A stretch of 62,809 nt of DNA, the filler included. It is 6 parts of 6 records of this genome, joined end to end, with 100 filler letters (N's around TTAATTAATTAA, not from the genome) between each part and the next. Parts side by side here need not be neighbours in the genome. Positions count along the whole stretch, not along the records: positions 41,719 to 52,164 come from SRR31156797_12073; positions 52,265 to 62,809 come from SRR31156797_12077; 4 more parts are not named here. One strand, given 5' to 3'. The notes beneath the pieces were generated by a model. The model was given only the letters and a program-made list of their open reading frames with translations, made no database searches and was not told where the DNA came from. Below are positions 50,990 to 59,876 of this stretch, one piece after another. Every line of letters starts with the position of its first letter. Position 1 is the first letter of the stretch. Made by a program: the position numbers and the translations under genes.

Positions 50990-51664
50990 ATGAAAAAGCT
51001 GATTTTTCTTCTAGTTGTTCTTAGTTCGCTGGTGCTTTTTGCCGGAGCTAAAAAGAGATGCACAGTTAATGTTCTCGGTGTGAATGCAAACGCAAATAAA
51101 GTGTTTAATGCTGAAAGTTTGACCTTTTTCGGAATTGATTATTCAAGAGTAAGACTTATTGGAGATCACGGTCACGGGTTTGGAAAAGACATGGATACAG
51201 TCAAGATCAGAGATAAATATTTTAACGCTTTTAACTCGGTTGTAATCAATGAAAGGAAAAAATATAATCTTTCAAAAGCAACTGGTGGAAAATTCATAGA
51301 GTATAAGTTTGATCAAGTTCTAAAGATAAATAAATCAGCAGACCCTGAAAAACTTAGAGCCTTAACAAAATCAAAACCTCTCGGACTGCCAGTTGTTTCA
51401 CAGATGATCAAAAAGTATAAAACAGGCAAAATGTCAGGCATCGGAGTTGTTCTTGTTGCTGATCAGATGAATAAGTTCGATAAAGCAGCTTTTTACTATG
51501 TCACATTCTTTGATATCAAAACAAAAGTCGTTCTTTTTGCAGCATATGTGAAAGGAAAGCCAGGAGGTTTTGGTTATAGAAATTTCTGGCTCAAAACAGT
51601 TGCAAGTGTTTTTAAAGACATGAAAAAAGGTGACTGGGAATATTGGAAGAAGGAAGCTAAGTAA
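50990..51664 (+). CDS. Secreted hypothetical protein
   Basis: SD GGAGG before MKKLIF; signal peptide; FFGIDYS, GKPGGFGYRNFW. Confidence 0.7.
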   Translation: MKKLIFLLVVLSSLVLFAGAKKRCTVNVLGVNANANKVFNAESLTFFGIDYSRVRLIGDHGHGFGKDMDTVKIRDKYFNAFNSVVINERKKYNLSKATGGKFIEYKFDQVLKINKSADPEKLRALTKSKPLGLPVVSQMIKKYKTGKMSGIGVVLVADQMNKFDKAAFYYVTFFDIKTKVVLFAAYVKGKPGGFGYRNFWLKTVASVFKDMKKGDWEYWKKEAK

Positions 51665-51771
51665 GAGCTTTATCTATCATTCAATATCTACACACAGAAA
51701 CAATTTTTGTTGCGCATGAACTTGTCAACGTGCACAAGAAACCGCGATTCTTTGTGCATGAAAATTGAAAA

Positions 51772-52164
51772 ATGTTTGGTGATACTTTTAAATATATTTC
51801 GCTTGATGACTATACACTTAGGAAGATGGCAAAGGAGTCTCCTGTACTTTTACTGAAGAATTTTCAGGAAAACCTGATAATTGATGAAATCCAGTACGCT
51901 CCTGAAATAATGTCTGCAATAAAAATATCTGTGGATTCAGGTGAAGACAGGAAATTTATTCTAACTGGTTCTCAGCAATTTAACCTGATGAAAAACTTGA
52001 AAGAATCTCTTGCCGGAAGAGTTCTTCTTTTAAATCTTCACCCCATGACGGTTAATGAAAAGAGCGGTAACGGAGCTGAAAAACACTGGCTTGCAGATGT
52101 TCTTGAAAATGGGATGGTAAATTCAAAATTTGAAACTCGACTCGAACCAGCCGTCGAACTTATA
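51772..52164 (+). pseudogene. AAA_14-type ATPase fragment lacking Walker A; 3' end cut by contig end
   Basis: YISLDD, IIDEIQYAP, FILTGSQ, ESLAGR; in-frame TGA at 51766 and no GxxxxGK upstream. Confidence 0.7.
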
Positions 52165-52264
52165 NNNNNNNNNNNNNNNNNNNNNNNNNNNNNNNNNNNN
52201 NNNNNNNNTTAATTAATTAANNNNNNNNNNNNNNNNNNNNNNNNNNNNNNNNNNNNNNNNNNNN
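52165..52264. other. Artificial contig linker
   Basis: N44-TTAATTAATTAA-N44. Confidence 0.99.
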
Positions 52265-52329
52265 CTACCCTTGCTGCCTTCCGACCCTGGGGGAGTTCAG
52301 TAGGAGCTGGTCGCGTAGTGCTTACCCGA
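52265..52329 (-). ncRNA. ffs: Bacterial small SRP RNA, 3'-truncated
   Basis: Minus strand GAACTCCCCCAGGGTCGGAAGGCAGCAAGGGTAG (helix 8 with GGAA loop); Bacteroidota -7 motif TACTTTTG just upstream. Confidence 0.88.
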
Positions 52330-52582
52330 CGACAAAAGTAGAAAAAAGTTGTTTCCCCGCAAATAAAATATGAAACTTCTTCAAGTCTTTTTCGACTAAC
52401 GTAGGTCAAAGGATTTATTTTCAGAACAATAATTTTTCAAAAAAAAATCACTTTTTTATTCTTTACTTGAATTGTTAGAGAAAACATGCTGCCATGAATA
52501 CAAGAATTAAGGATTTTTAAAGCAGGCTTTCCATTAAAAACGGATATCTTTGTGCTCAATTTATAAAACAACAGTTTAAAAA

Positions 52583-53140
52583 ATGTACAACAAACCATTA
52601 TTAAAGCATTCATTTTTGTTTGGCTCGTTAATAGGAGGGGTTCTTATTTTAGCAGCTCTTACATTTTATTTTAAAGAGGTATCAATAAATTTCAATCCAA
52701 CTTTACTTTTTGTTAATAGATTTCTTATTGTACTAGGGATATTTTTCAGTGTGAAAAAATATCGAGATGAAGTTTTATTTGGAGTCATAAGTTATCGAAG
52801 AGCATTGGTTTGTGGAATTATTACAATTGGAATAGCTGCATCTTATTATGCACTTTTTATATATGTATTAACCAGTTATTTTGATTCTTCTATTCTGAAG
52901 GAGGCAATTGACTTTACAGAAAAAGGACTTGTTGAAATAGGATATGAAGATGATAAAGTGGAATTATTAATGTCTATATATAGAAAAATTACACCTGGAA
53001 TTTTTTCTTTTGGACAATGGTTTGGAAAAACTTTGGCGGGAATTTTCTTCTCTTTAATTGTATCCTTCTTTTTTCGCCAAAATAGAAATTTGTTTAATAA
53101 CCGTTCTATTGATAAATTTAACGGTTCAAATAATCAATAA
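52583..53140 (+). CDS. DUF4199 family membrane protein
   Basis: VKKYRD..GVISYRRAL..G pattern; TATCTTTG promoter motif upstream; precedes a GT2 gene. Confidence 0.8.
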   Translation: MYNKPLLKHSFLFGSLIGGVLILAALTFYFKEVSINFNPTLLFVNRFLIVLGIFFSVKKYRDEVLFGVISYRRALVCGIITIGIAASYYALFIYVLTSYFDSSILKEAIDFTEKGLVEIGYEDDKVELLMSIYRKITPGIFSFGQWFGKTLAGIFFSLIVSFFFRQNRNLFNNRSIDKFNGSNNQ

Positions 53141-53149
53141 AAATCACAT

Positions 53150-54097
53150 ATGGATATTTCTGTTGTAGTTCCATTATATAACGAAGAGGAATCGCTTCCC
53201 GAATTGGTAGCCTGGATTGATCGGGTTATGAATAAAAATAACTTTACTCATGAAGTTCTTCTGATTGATGATGGTAGTACCGATACCTCCTGGGATGTGA
53301 TTGAAGATTTGCGAGAAAAATTTTCGGCTGTTCGTGGCATAAGGTTTAGACGTAATTATGGAAAATCTGCTGCATTGTTTTGTGGATTCGATGCAGTAAG
53401 AGGTGATGTCGTAATCACTATGGATGCGGATCTTCAGGATTCTCCGGATGAAATACCAGAGCTTTATAGAATAATTAAGGAAGATGGTTTTGACTTGGTG
53501 TCAGGATGGAAACAAAAACGATACGATCCAATATCTAAAACCATACCGAGTAAATTTTTCAATAGAACTGCCAGAGCTATGTCTGGAATTAAATTGAATG
53601 ATTTTAATTGTGGTCTAAAAGCTTACAAAAGTAAACTGGTTAAAAGTATTGAGGTTTATGGCGAAATGCATCGCTACATTCCTATTTTAGCTAAACAAGC
53701 TGGTTTTGTTAAAATTACCGAGAAGGTAGTTCAACATCAGGAACGTAAATATGGTGTTACCAAATTTGGATTGAATCGCTTTATCAATGGCTTTCTGGAT
53801 CTTTTATCGATCACGTTTATTAGCAAGTTTGGAAAGAAACCAATGCACTTTTTTGGTTTACTGGGTACTTTAATGTTTTTAATTGGCTTCTTTGCTTCAG
53901 CATGGATTGGATTACAAAAAATCTACAGTATGAGTCAGGGTGAAATGCCACCATTGGTTACCGATAGTCCTTATTTCTTTATTGCTTTAGCTACAATGAT
54001 TATAGGAACTCAACTTTTTTTAACAGGATTTGTTGCTGAGTTGGTAAGTCGTAGTTCACCCGAGCGAAATACCTACCATATAGAAAAAGAAATCTGA
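53150..54097 (+). CDS. GT2 glycosyltransferase (ArnC/DPM1-like)
   Basis: VVPLYNEE, DDGSTD, RRNYGKSAAL, MDADLQD, GEMHRYIP. Confidence 0.93.
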   Translation: MDISVVVPLYNEEESLPELVAWIDRVMNKNNFTHEVLLIDDGSTDTSWDVIEDLREKFSAVRGIRFRRNYGKSAALFCGFDAVRGDVVITMDADLQDSPDEIPELYRIIKEDGFDLVSGWKQKRYDPISKTIPSKFFNRTARAMSGIKLNDFNCGLKAYKSKLVKSIEVYGEMHRYIPILAKQAGFVKITEKVVQHQERKYGVTKFGLNRFINGFLDLLSITFISKFGKKPMHFFGLLGTLMFLIGFFASAWIGLQKIYSMSQGEMPPLVTDSPYFFIALATMIIGTQLFLTGFVAELVSRSSPERNTYHIEKEI

Positions 54098-54149
54098 TTA
54101 ATGTTAAATTATTAATTATTGAACCTTAATCATTAAATATTTAGTAGTT

Positions 54150-54926
54150 GTGATAAAAAGTATAATTAGGTTATTACTTCAAATATTTCCTCGTCCATTT
54201 CTAATTAGATTAAGCTTACTAATTAATCGTGTAATAGCTATTTTTTTGATAGGGAATAAAGTTGAATGCCCGGTTTGTGGAGGTAAATTCAGAAAATTTC
54301 TTCCTTACGGATATACAAAAGCTACAGGAAGAGAGAATGCACTTTGTCCTAAATGCCTGTCCTTAGAGCGCCACCGATTGATGTGGTTGTATCTGAATGA
54401 TGAAACCGATTTTTTTACAAATGATTTAAAGGTATTGCATATTGCTCCAGAACAATGTTTCTTCAAGCGATTTAAAGCTTTGCCAAACCTTGATTATACA
54501 ACAGGCGATTTGGAATCGCCTATTGCTGATGTGCATTTCGATGTTCAGGAAATACCTTTTGAGAATGAAACTTTCGATGTTGTAATTTGCAATCATGTAT
54601 TGGAACATGTTGATGATGATGCGAAAGCAATGAAGGAAATGTATCGTATTTTAAAGCCAAATGGATTTGCGATTTTGCAGGTTCCTATGGATACGGATAA
54701 TCCAAAAACAATGGAAGATCCAACGGTTACCGATCCTAAGGAAAGAGAGCGTTTGTACCGACAAAAAGATCATGTGCGATTGTATGGCTTAGATTATGCC
54801 GATCGATTATCGAACGCTGGCTTTAAGGTAAATTCGATTGAATATGCCAAATCATTCGAACCTACTTTAGCTTCTAAATATAGTCTTCCAATGAATGAAA
54901 TTTTCTATTTCAATCAAAAAATCTAA
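54150..54926 (+). CDS. SAM-dependent methyltransferase with N-terminal Cys motifs
   Basis: CPVC, CPKCLSLERHR, LHIAPE, NHVLEHV, QKDHVRLYG. Confidence 0.88.
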   Translation: MIKSIIRLLLQIFPRPFLIRLSLLINRVIAIFLIGNKVECPVCGGKFRKFLPYGYTKATGRENALCPKCLSLERHRLMWLYLNDETDFFTNDLKVLHIAPEQCFFKRFKALPNLDYTTGDLESPIADVHFDVQEIPFENETFDVVICNHVLEHVDDDAKAMKEMYRILKPNGFAILQVPMDTDNPKTMEDPTVTDPKERERLYRQKDHVRLYGLDYADRLSNAGFKVNSIEYAKSFEPTLASKYSLPMNEIFYFNQKI

Positions 54927-54928
54927 AT

Positions 54929-55939
54929 ATGAGTATGGAAATTAAACTTTCGATAATTGTGCCGGTATACAACCGACCTGATGAAATGAAAGAATTGCTG
55001 GATAGTTTATCGGTGCAATCATATAAGGATTTTGAGCTTGTTGTTGTTGAAGATGGATCATCCATTAAAAGTGAAGAACTTTGTAATGATTACAGTGACA
55101 AAATCAATATCTCCTATTATTATAAAAAAAATGAGGGACCAAGTATTGGTCGAAATTACGGATTAGCAAGAGCCAAAGGGAATTATTACTTGTTTTTCGA
55201 TTCTGATTGTATTATTCCAGCTCATTATATGGAAACTATCCAAAAGGAGCTTACCAATAATTTTGTGGATTGTTATGGTGGTCCTGATGGTGCTATGGAG
55301 GATTTTTCAGATTTTCAGAAAGCTGTATCCTATGCAATGACTTCTTTCTTTACAACAGGCGGAATCAGAGGAGGGAAGAAGCAAGTATACAAATTTCATC
55401 CACGCAGTTTTAATCTTGGTTTTTCGAAAGCAGTATATGAAAATACAGGAGGATTTCCGGTAACTACTATGCATCCTGGCGAGGATATGGTATTTGCTAT
55501 TGAGGTTATTAAGCGTGGATTTGAAACTCGTTTGATTAGTGATGCCTACGTTTTTCACAAAAGAAGAGTATCATTCAAAAAATTCTACAAGCAAGTTTTC
55601 GGATTCGGTAAAACCCGTTATATCATATCAAAACATTATCCTGAAACATTTAAAATCTTCTTTTTGTTTCCATCTCTGTTTGTAATAGGAACTATAGGAG
55701 CATTATTGTTGGGTTTAACGGTGCATAGAATTTTTGCATTTCCGGTACTTGTTTATACATTCCTTGTATTTGCCGATGCCTTAAGTAAAAGCAAATCGCT
55801 TACAATTGCAGTAAAAGCTTTGGCAGCTAGTTTTGTTCAATTGTTTGCCTATGGAATTGGTTTTATAGATGCAGTTTGGAAGCACAAAATACTGGGAAAA
55901 GATGAGTTTGGTGTATTGGGAAAAGGATTTTATGAATAA
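54929..55939 (+). CDS. GT2 glycosyltransferase
   Basis: IVPVYNRPDE, EDGS, FDSDC, PRSFN, HPGED. Confidence 0.92.
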   Translation: MSMEIKLSIIVPVYNRPDEMKELLDSLSVQSYKDFELVVVEDGSSIKSEELCNDYSDKINISYYYKKNEGPSIGRNYGLARAKGNYYLFFDSDCIIPAHYMETIQKELTNNFVDCYGGPDGAMEDFSDFQKAVSYAMTSFFTTGGIRGGKKQVYKFHPRSFNLGFSKAVYENTGGFPVTTMHPGEDMVFAIEVIKRGFETRLISDAYVFHKRRVSFKKFYKQVFGFGKTRYIISKHYPETFKIFFLFPSLFVIGTIGALLLGLTVHRIFAFPVLVYTFLVFADALSKSKSLTIAVKALAASFVQLFAYGIGFIDAVWKHKILGKDEFGVLGKGFYE

Positions 55940-55962
55940 AAAAAGAGGCATTAAGCCTCTTT
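55938..55962. terminator. Bidirectional terminator
   Basis: AAAGAGGC-ATTAA-GCCTCTTT between convergent genes. Confidence 0.7.
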
Positions 55963-56860
55963 AAATTTTTTCTTCAAGATAATTCAATATCTTTTGTTCC
56001 TGATCTGGATGGAACCACTGAATCTCATCGTCACGACGGAACCAGGATAATTGGCGTTTGGCATACCTTCTTGAATTGCGTTTAATCAATTCAATAGCTT
56101 CTTCTAAACTAATTTTTCCTTCGAAATGCTCAAACAGTTCTTTGTATCCTACTGTGTTTAAGGAGTTGTAATGTCTAAATTCAAAAACGGATTTGGCTTC
56201 CTCAAGTAAGCCTTCTTTTATCATGATGTCTACTCTTTGATTTATTCTATCGTATAATTCGGCTCTATCACGATTCAATCCAATTTTAACAATATTAAAA
56301 TCCCGGTGTTTTTTTGAATTTGTTCTCAGCTCAGAATAGGGTTTTCCCGACATTAAGCAAACTTCAATTGCATGAAGCACTCGTTTGGCATTTTTCAAAT
56401 CAACTTGATTGTAAAAAACAGGATCGAGTTGTTTAAGTTGCATTCGCATGTGTTCCAAGCCTTCTTTTTCATATTGTACCATTACCTCTTTTCTGAGCTG
56501 GGGATCAATAGTTGGAATTTCATCAATACCATTACAAACGGCATCGATGTACATCATGCTGCCACCAACTAATAGCATCTGATCTTTCTCTTTGTAAAGA
56601 TCTTCAAGAAGCTTAAGGGTTTGTTTTTCACACTCCCACGAGCTAAAGTAATCGTGAATTGAATGTGTGTGAATAAAATGATGCTTAACAGCCGCCAATT
56701 GATGCTCTTCGGGCACAGCCGTTCCAATTCTAATTTCTTTATAAACCTGTCGACTGTCAGAAGAAGATATTTCTGTATTAAAATGTTTTGCGATACTGAT
56801 ACTTAAATCAGTTTTACCAACACCTGTAGGACCAAGAATTACAATTAGAGTTTTGGACAT
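55961..56860 (-). CDS. miaA: tRNA dimethylallyltransferase
   Basis: GPTGVGKT, DSRQVY, VGGSMMY, TVGYKE, RRYAKRQ. Confidence 0.96.
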   Translation of the reverse strand: MSKTLIVILGPTGVGKTDLSISIAKHFNTEISSSDSRQVYKEIRIGTAVPEEHQLAAVKHHFIHTHSIHDYFSSWECEKQTLKLLEDLYKEKDQMLLVGGSMMYIDAVCNGIDEIPTIDPQLRKEVMVQYEKEGLEHMRMQLKQLDPVFYNQVDLKNAKRVLHAIEVCLMSGKPYSELRTNSKKHRDFNIVKIGLNRDRAELYDRINQRVDIMIKEGLLEEAKSVFEFRHYNSLNTVGYKELFEHFEGKISLEEAIELIKRNSRRYAKRQLSWFRRDDEIQWFHPDQEQKILNYLEEKI

Positions 56861-56941
56861 GAGATAAAAATTAGATATTATCTGATTAAACTAAAATGAG
56901 TAATACTCGCATATTACTCATCTTTATTTTTGTGGGACTTA

Positions 56942-57511
56942 TTAAAGTATATCCTCGTAATCGTCCAGGCTTTCAAACTCAGGACCATCTTTTAAATCAT
57001 CATCAAAACCTTCAAGATAATCATCGGCAGTTTTTTCTTTTTCAGGTTTCGATTCGAACGAACCTAAATCAATATCTTCAAAACTTTCAGCATCCATCAT
57101 TATTTGTTGAGGAGCTTCATTTTTTGAAACAATACATTTTGGATAAGCAGAAGTTGATTTAGAAATTCCTCTTTCAACTAACTCAATATTGAAATATCTA
57201 TCTGAGAAAAAATCGTATACATAAATCAGATCTGCGTTTTCTTTTGACGAAAATTCACGAATCATTGCAACATCCATTGCAAAAACGTTCATATTATCGT
57301 CTTCTTCGGTATTCATTTCAAAAAGCGCAATTTCCACCCCTCTTTGTCCATCTGCTCCAATTTGATAAAATGAAGCCATCTGAGAATTGTCATATTTATT
57401 TGATTCCTGAATGGCATTGTGCAAATCTAACCAGGTTTGCTCATGTCCAATTTCAATCTCTCTCACGTATCCTTCTACTTCTGATGAAGTAATTTTAAAT
57501 CGATATATCAT
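56942..57511 (-). CDS. pRiA4b ORF3-like (TnpR-family) conserved Bacteroidota protein
   Basis: REIEI..TWLDLHNAI, MASFY, LIYVYDF; acidic tail. Confidence 0.75.
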   Translation of the reverse strand: MIYRFKITSSEVEGYVREIEIGHEQTWLDLHNAIQESNKYDNSQMASFYQIGADGQRGVEIALFEMNTEEDDNMNVFAMDVAMIREFSSKENADLIYVYDFFSDRYFNIELVERGISKSTSAYPKCIVSKNEAPQQIMMDAESFEDIDLGSFESKPEKEKTADDYLEGFDDDLKDGPEFESLDDYEDIL

Positions 57512-57514
57512 TAT

Positions 57515-58588
57515 TTAGTTTGATTTTAGTTCTGTTAAAAATTTCATTGTATCAACATCATCAGCATAATCCCACAATTGTGGTTCTTGTGCCTTTCCAA
57601 AAGGAATTGTATTGTTGTTTCCTGATCCAACAACGCATTGAATCAGATCTGAGTTTAGTAATAATGTTTGCTCTAACTCTTTAATTTCGGAATAATATTC
57701 AAAGTAAACAACTCCAACAGGTGATGCAATATCATTTTTTTCACGTAGTAGTAAAAAGCCATTGTCAAAATGATCGATCTTATTCATTAATAACAATGAA
57801 CGTTGATAGTCGTAATTGTTAGCATATTTAGAATGGTTGGCTAAATATTCGAATCCATTCCATTCGTCCAAAAGCAATTTTATATCATAGCCTTTAGGAA
57901 GGTAAATTTTAGAAACATTTCTACAGCCTAATCCAAAATAGAGAAATATATCTTTTCCTAAAGCTTTAATTTCATCTTTAGATTCGTTACCAGTAATTGT
58001 GGCAACAGAATTTCTATTTCTTCGAATGATATTAGGATACTTAGAAAAATATGCGTCGAAATATCTTGCAGAATTGTTACTCCCGGTTGCAATTATCGCA
58101 TCAAAATCATTTTTTCCACTAATTCTTTCCGTTTTAAATTGGATCAATTCTTTAAATTCAGGATTTAACTCAATTAAAAGTTTAGAGATGAAATCAAGAA
58201 GTTGATTGTCTTTTGAGGAAAGTTTTCCAATAAAACGATGTCCTGAAATTAGAACACACATCATATCGTGAAAACCAACCATAGGTAGATTACCAGCCAT
58301 TATAACGGCAACAGCTACATTTGTGTTTTTTTCAGAAACAAAATATTTCTCAAGCCATTCAGCAATTTTATCCTCTTTTAAAAGTTCACAAACACCAATT
58401 ATTGAGCAGCGAACATGTTTTGGTGTAAACCAAGCGTTCTCAATTGTTACATTTCTTAGTAAGCTCTCAAAGCTTTCAAAAAATGCAGAATTTAATTTGT
58501 GCTCAATTTTAATTGGCCTTTCACTTGTAAACTGATGCAGAAATTCTCCCAATTCAACAAATGCCTTACTTCTTTGTTCAAGATTCAT
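57515..58588 (-). CDS. Acyl-CoA reductase (LuxC family)
   Basis: NAWFT, IMAGNLPMVGFHD, IATGSNNS, YFGLGCRNVSK, DYADDVDT. Confidence 0.9.
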   Translation of the reverse strand: MNLEQRSKAFVELGEFLHQFTSERPIKIEHKLNSAFFESFESLLRNVTIENAWFTPKHVRCSIIGVCELLKEDKIAEWLEKYFVSEKNTNVAVAVIMAGNLPMVGFHDMMCVLISGHRFIGKLSSKDNQLLDFISKLLIELNPEFKELIQFKTERISGKNDFDAIIATGSNNSARYFDAYFSKYPNIIRRNRNSVATITGNESKDEIKALGKDIFLYFGLGCRNVSKIYLPKGYDIKLLLDEWNGFEYLANHSKYANNYDYQRSLLLMNKIDHFDNGFLLLREKNDIASPVGVVYFEYYSEIKELEQTLLLNSDLIQCVVGSGNNNTIPFGKAQEPQLWDYADDVDTMKFLTELKSN

Positions 58589-58706
58589 TTTTCTAATCTC
58601 TTAGTCCCGAATAAACTTCGGAATCATGATTTGTAATTTCAGGCAAAGATAAAAATTGTGCGGAACTAAAACACGAATTAACAAGGTTTAAGAGTAAAGC
58701 CATGAA

Positions 58707-59006
58707 TTAAATAGAAAGTTTATGGAAGTAATTAAAAAGGATAAGTATGACTGAGAGAGTAAATAGAATTTTTATTCCTTTGGTTCCCCAACTAAGCTTA
58801 AAATTTATATGGACTAGAAGTAATGATAAAGTTGCCAATATTGGGAGAAGTGCCGGATATAATTTTATAGATTCTATAAGGTTTCCTTTTAATAAAGCTA
58901 TAAGTGAACTTTGAAATCCACACCCAGGACAAGAAATACCAATATGTTCTTGAAATGGACAAGTTGAGTTATTTTTACTAATCCAATTAATGAATTGTTG
59001 CCACAT
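58707..59006 (-). CDS. DUF2752 membrane protein
   Basis: CPF..IGISCPGCG. Confidence 0.85.
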   Translation of the reverse strand: MWQQFINWISKNNSTCPFQEHIGISCPGCGFQSSLIALLKGNLIESIKLYPALLPILATLSLLLVHINFKLSWGTKGIKILFTLSVILILFNYFHKLSI

Positions 59007-59069
59007 ATTTTATTAATAATTGAATAAGTGATAGGATTTTAGGACCATACAATTTGATATTCATTAAGA

Positions 59070-59765
59070 TTACAATGAATTGTAGTAAGTAAATATTTTA
59101 ATCAAGTCAGGTTCTTTTTTGTGTTTGTATTTATTAGAGTTTACAAACTTGATTAACTTATCGTTCGACGTGTTAAACATCTTATAAAAGTTAGATTTTT
59201 TAGAAGGAATTTTTAATATGTCTTGATTGTTTTTCTTGAAAAATAAATTCGTTTTTATGATATAATGATCAGGGATTTTTTCTTCGAAACTTGATACATT
59301 TTCTTTTCCTTTAACAAGTTTGCATTTGTAGTGTTTTAAAAGTTGAAAACTTCCATCTACAAGTATTTCATAGCACGACTTCTTATTGTTAATGTGAGAT
59401 TCTGTGTATATAAATTTACTGTTATTAATTGTGATGTATTCAACTTTATCAATTCTATTTAGAGACACTGTATCACCATTTAAGACAAATTGAAATTCTT
59501 GATTGTATATGCAATATCTTAAGTTTAAATCTAAGAGTGATTCATTTTCTTTAAGTTTAACCTGACCGGGCTTAAAATTTTCATCCCAGTAATAATCTCC
59601 CTCTAATTCAAAAGTTTTAGAAAGTATATCTGGATTTAATTTATCGCAATACTTATTAAATTTTAATTGTGATTGGGAAACGCCTTGACCATATACATTC
59701 AAATTTAAAAATATTGAACTGAAAAGTGTTATTATTATAAAGCTAAATTTATTCATAGTTTTCAA
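59070..59765 (-). CDS. Secreted hypothetical protein
   Basis: Signal peptide; EGDYYW..F..G and YYNSL ending typical of Bacteroidota hypotheticals. Confidence 0.65.
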   Translation of the reverse strand: MKTMNKFSFIIITLFSSIFLNLNVYGQGVSQSQLKFNKYCDKLNPDILSKTFELEGDYYWDENFKPGQVKLKENESLLDLNLRYCIYNQEFQFVLNGDTVSLNRIDKVEYITINNSKFIYTESHINNKKSCYEILVDGSFQLLKHYKCKLVKGKENVSSFEEKIPDHYIIKTNLFFKKNNQDILKIPSKKSNFYKMFNTSNDKLIKFVNSNKYKHKKEPDLIKIFTYYNSL

Positions 59766-59828
59766 GTGTTTGGATTTTACATCCTGATTTATATGATCTT
59801 ACCTGTTGCAATATAATAATAATTGTAT

Positions 59829-59857
59829 AAAAAAAGCCGGTGCATTTGCACCGGCTT
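59829..59857 (-). terminator. Intrinsic terminator of acnB
   Basis: AAGCCGGTGCA/TGCACCGGCTT with a T tract on the minus strand. Confidence 0.8.
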
Positions 59858-59876
59858 AGATAGTAATAATATTAAA

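Noticed and set aside
56942-57511. IS1096 passenger TnpR-like protein as evidence of an IS
   Set aside because: No transposase or terminal repeats; sits among housekeeping genes next to miaA
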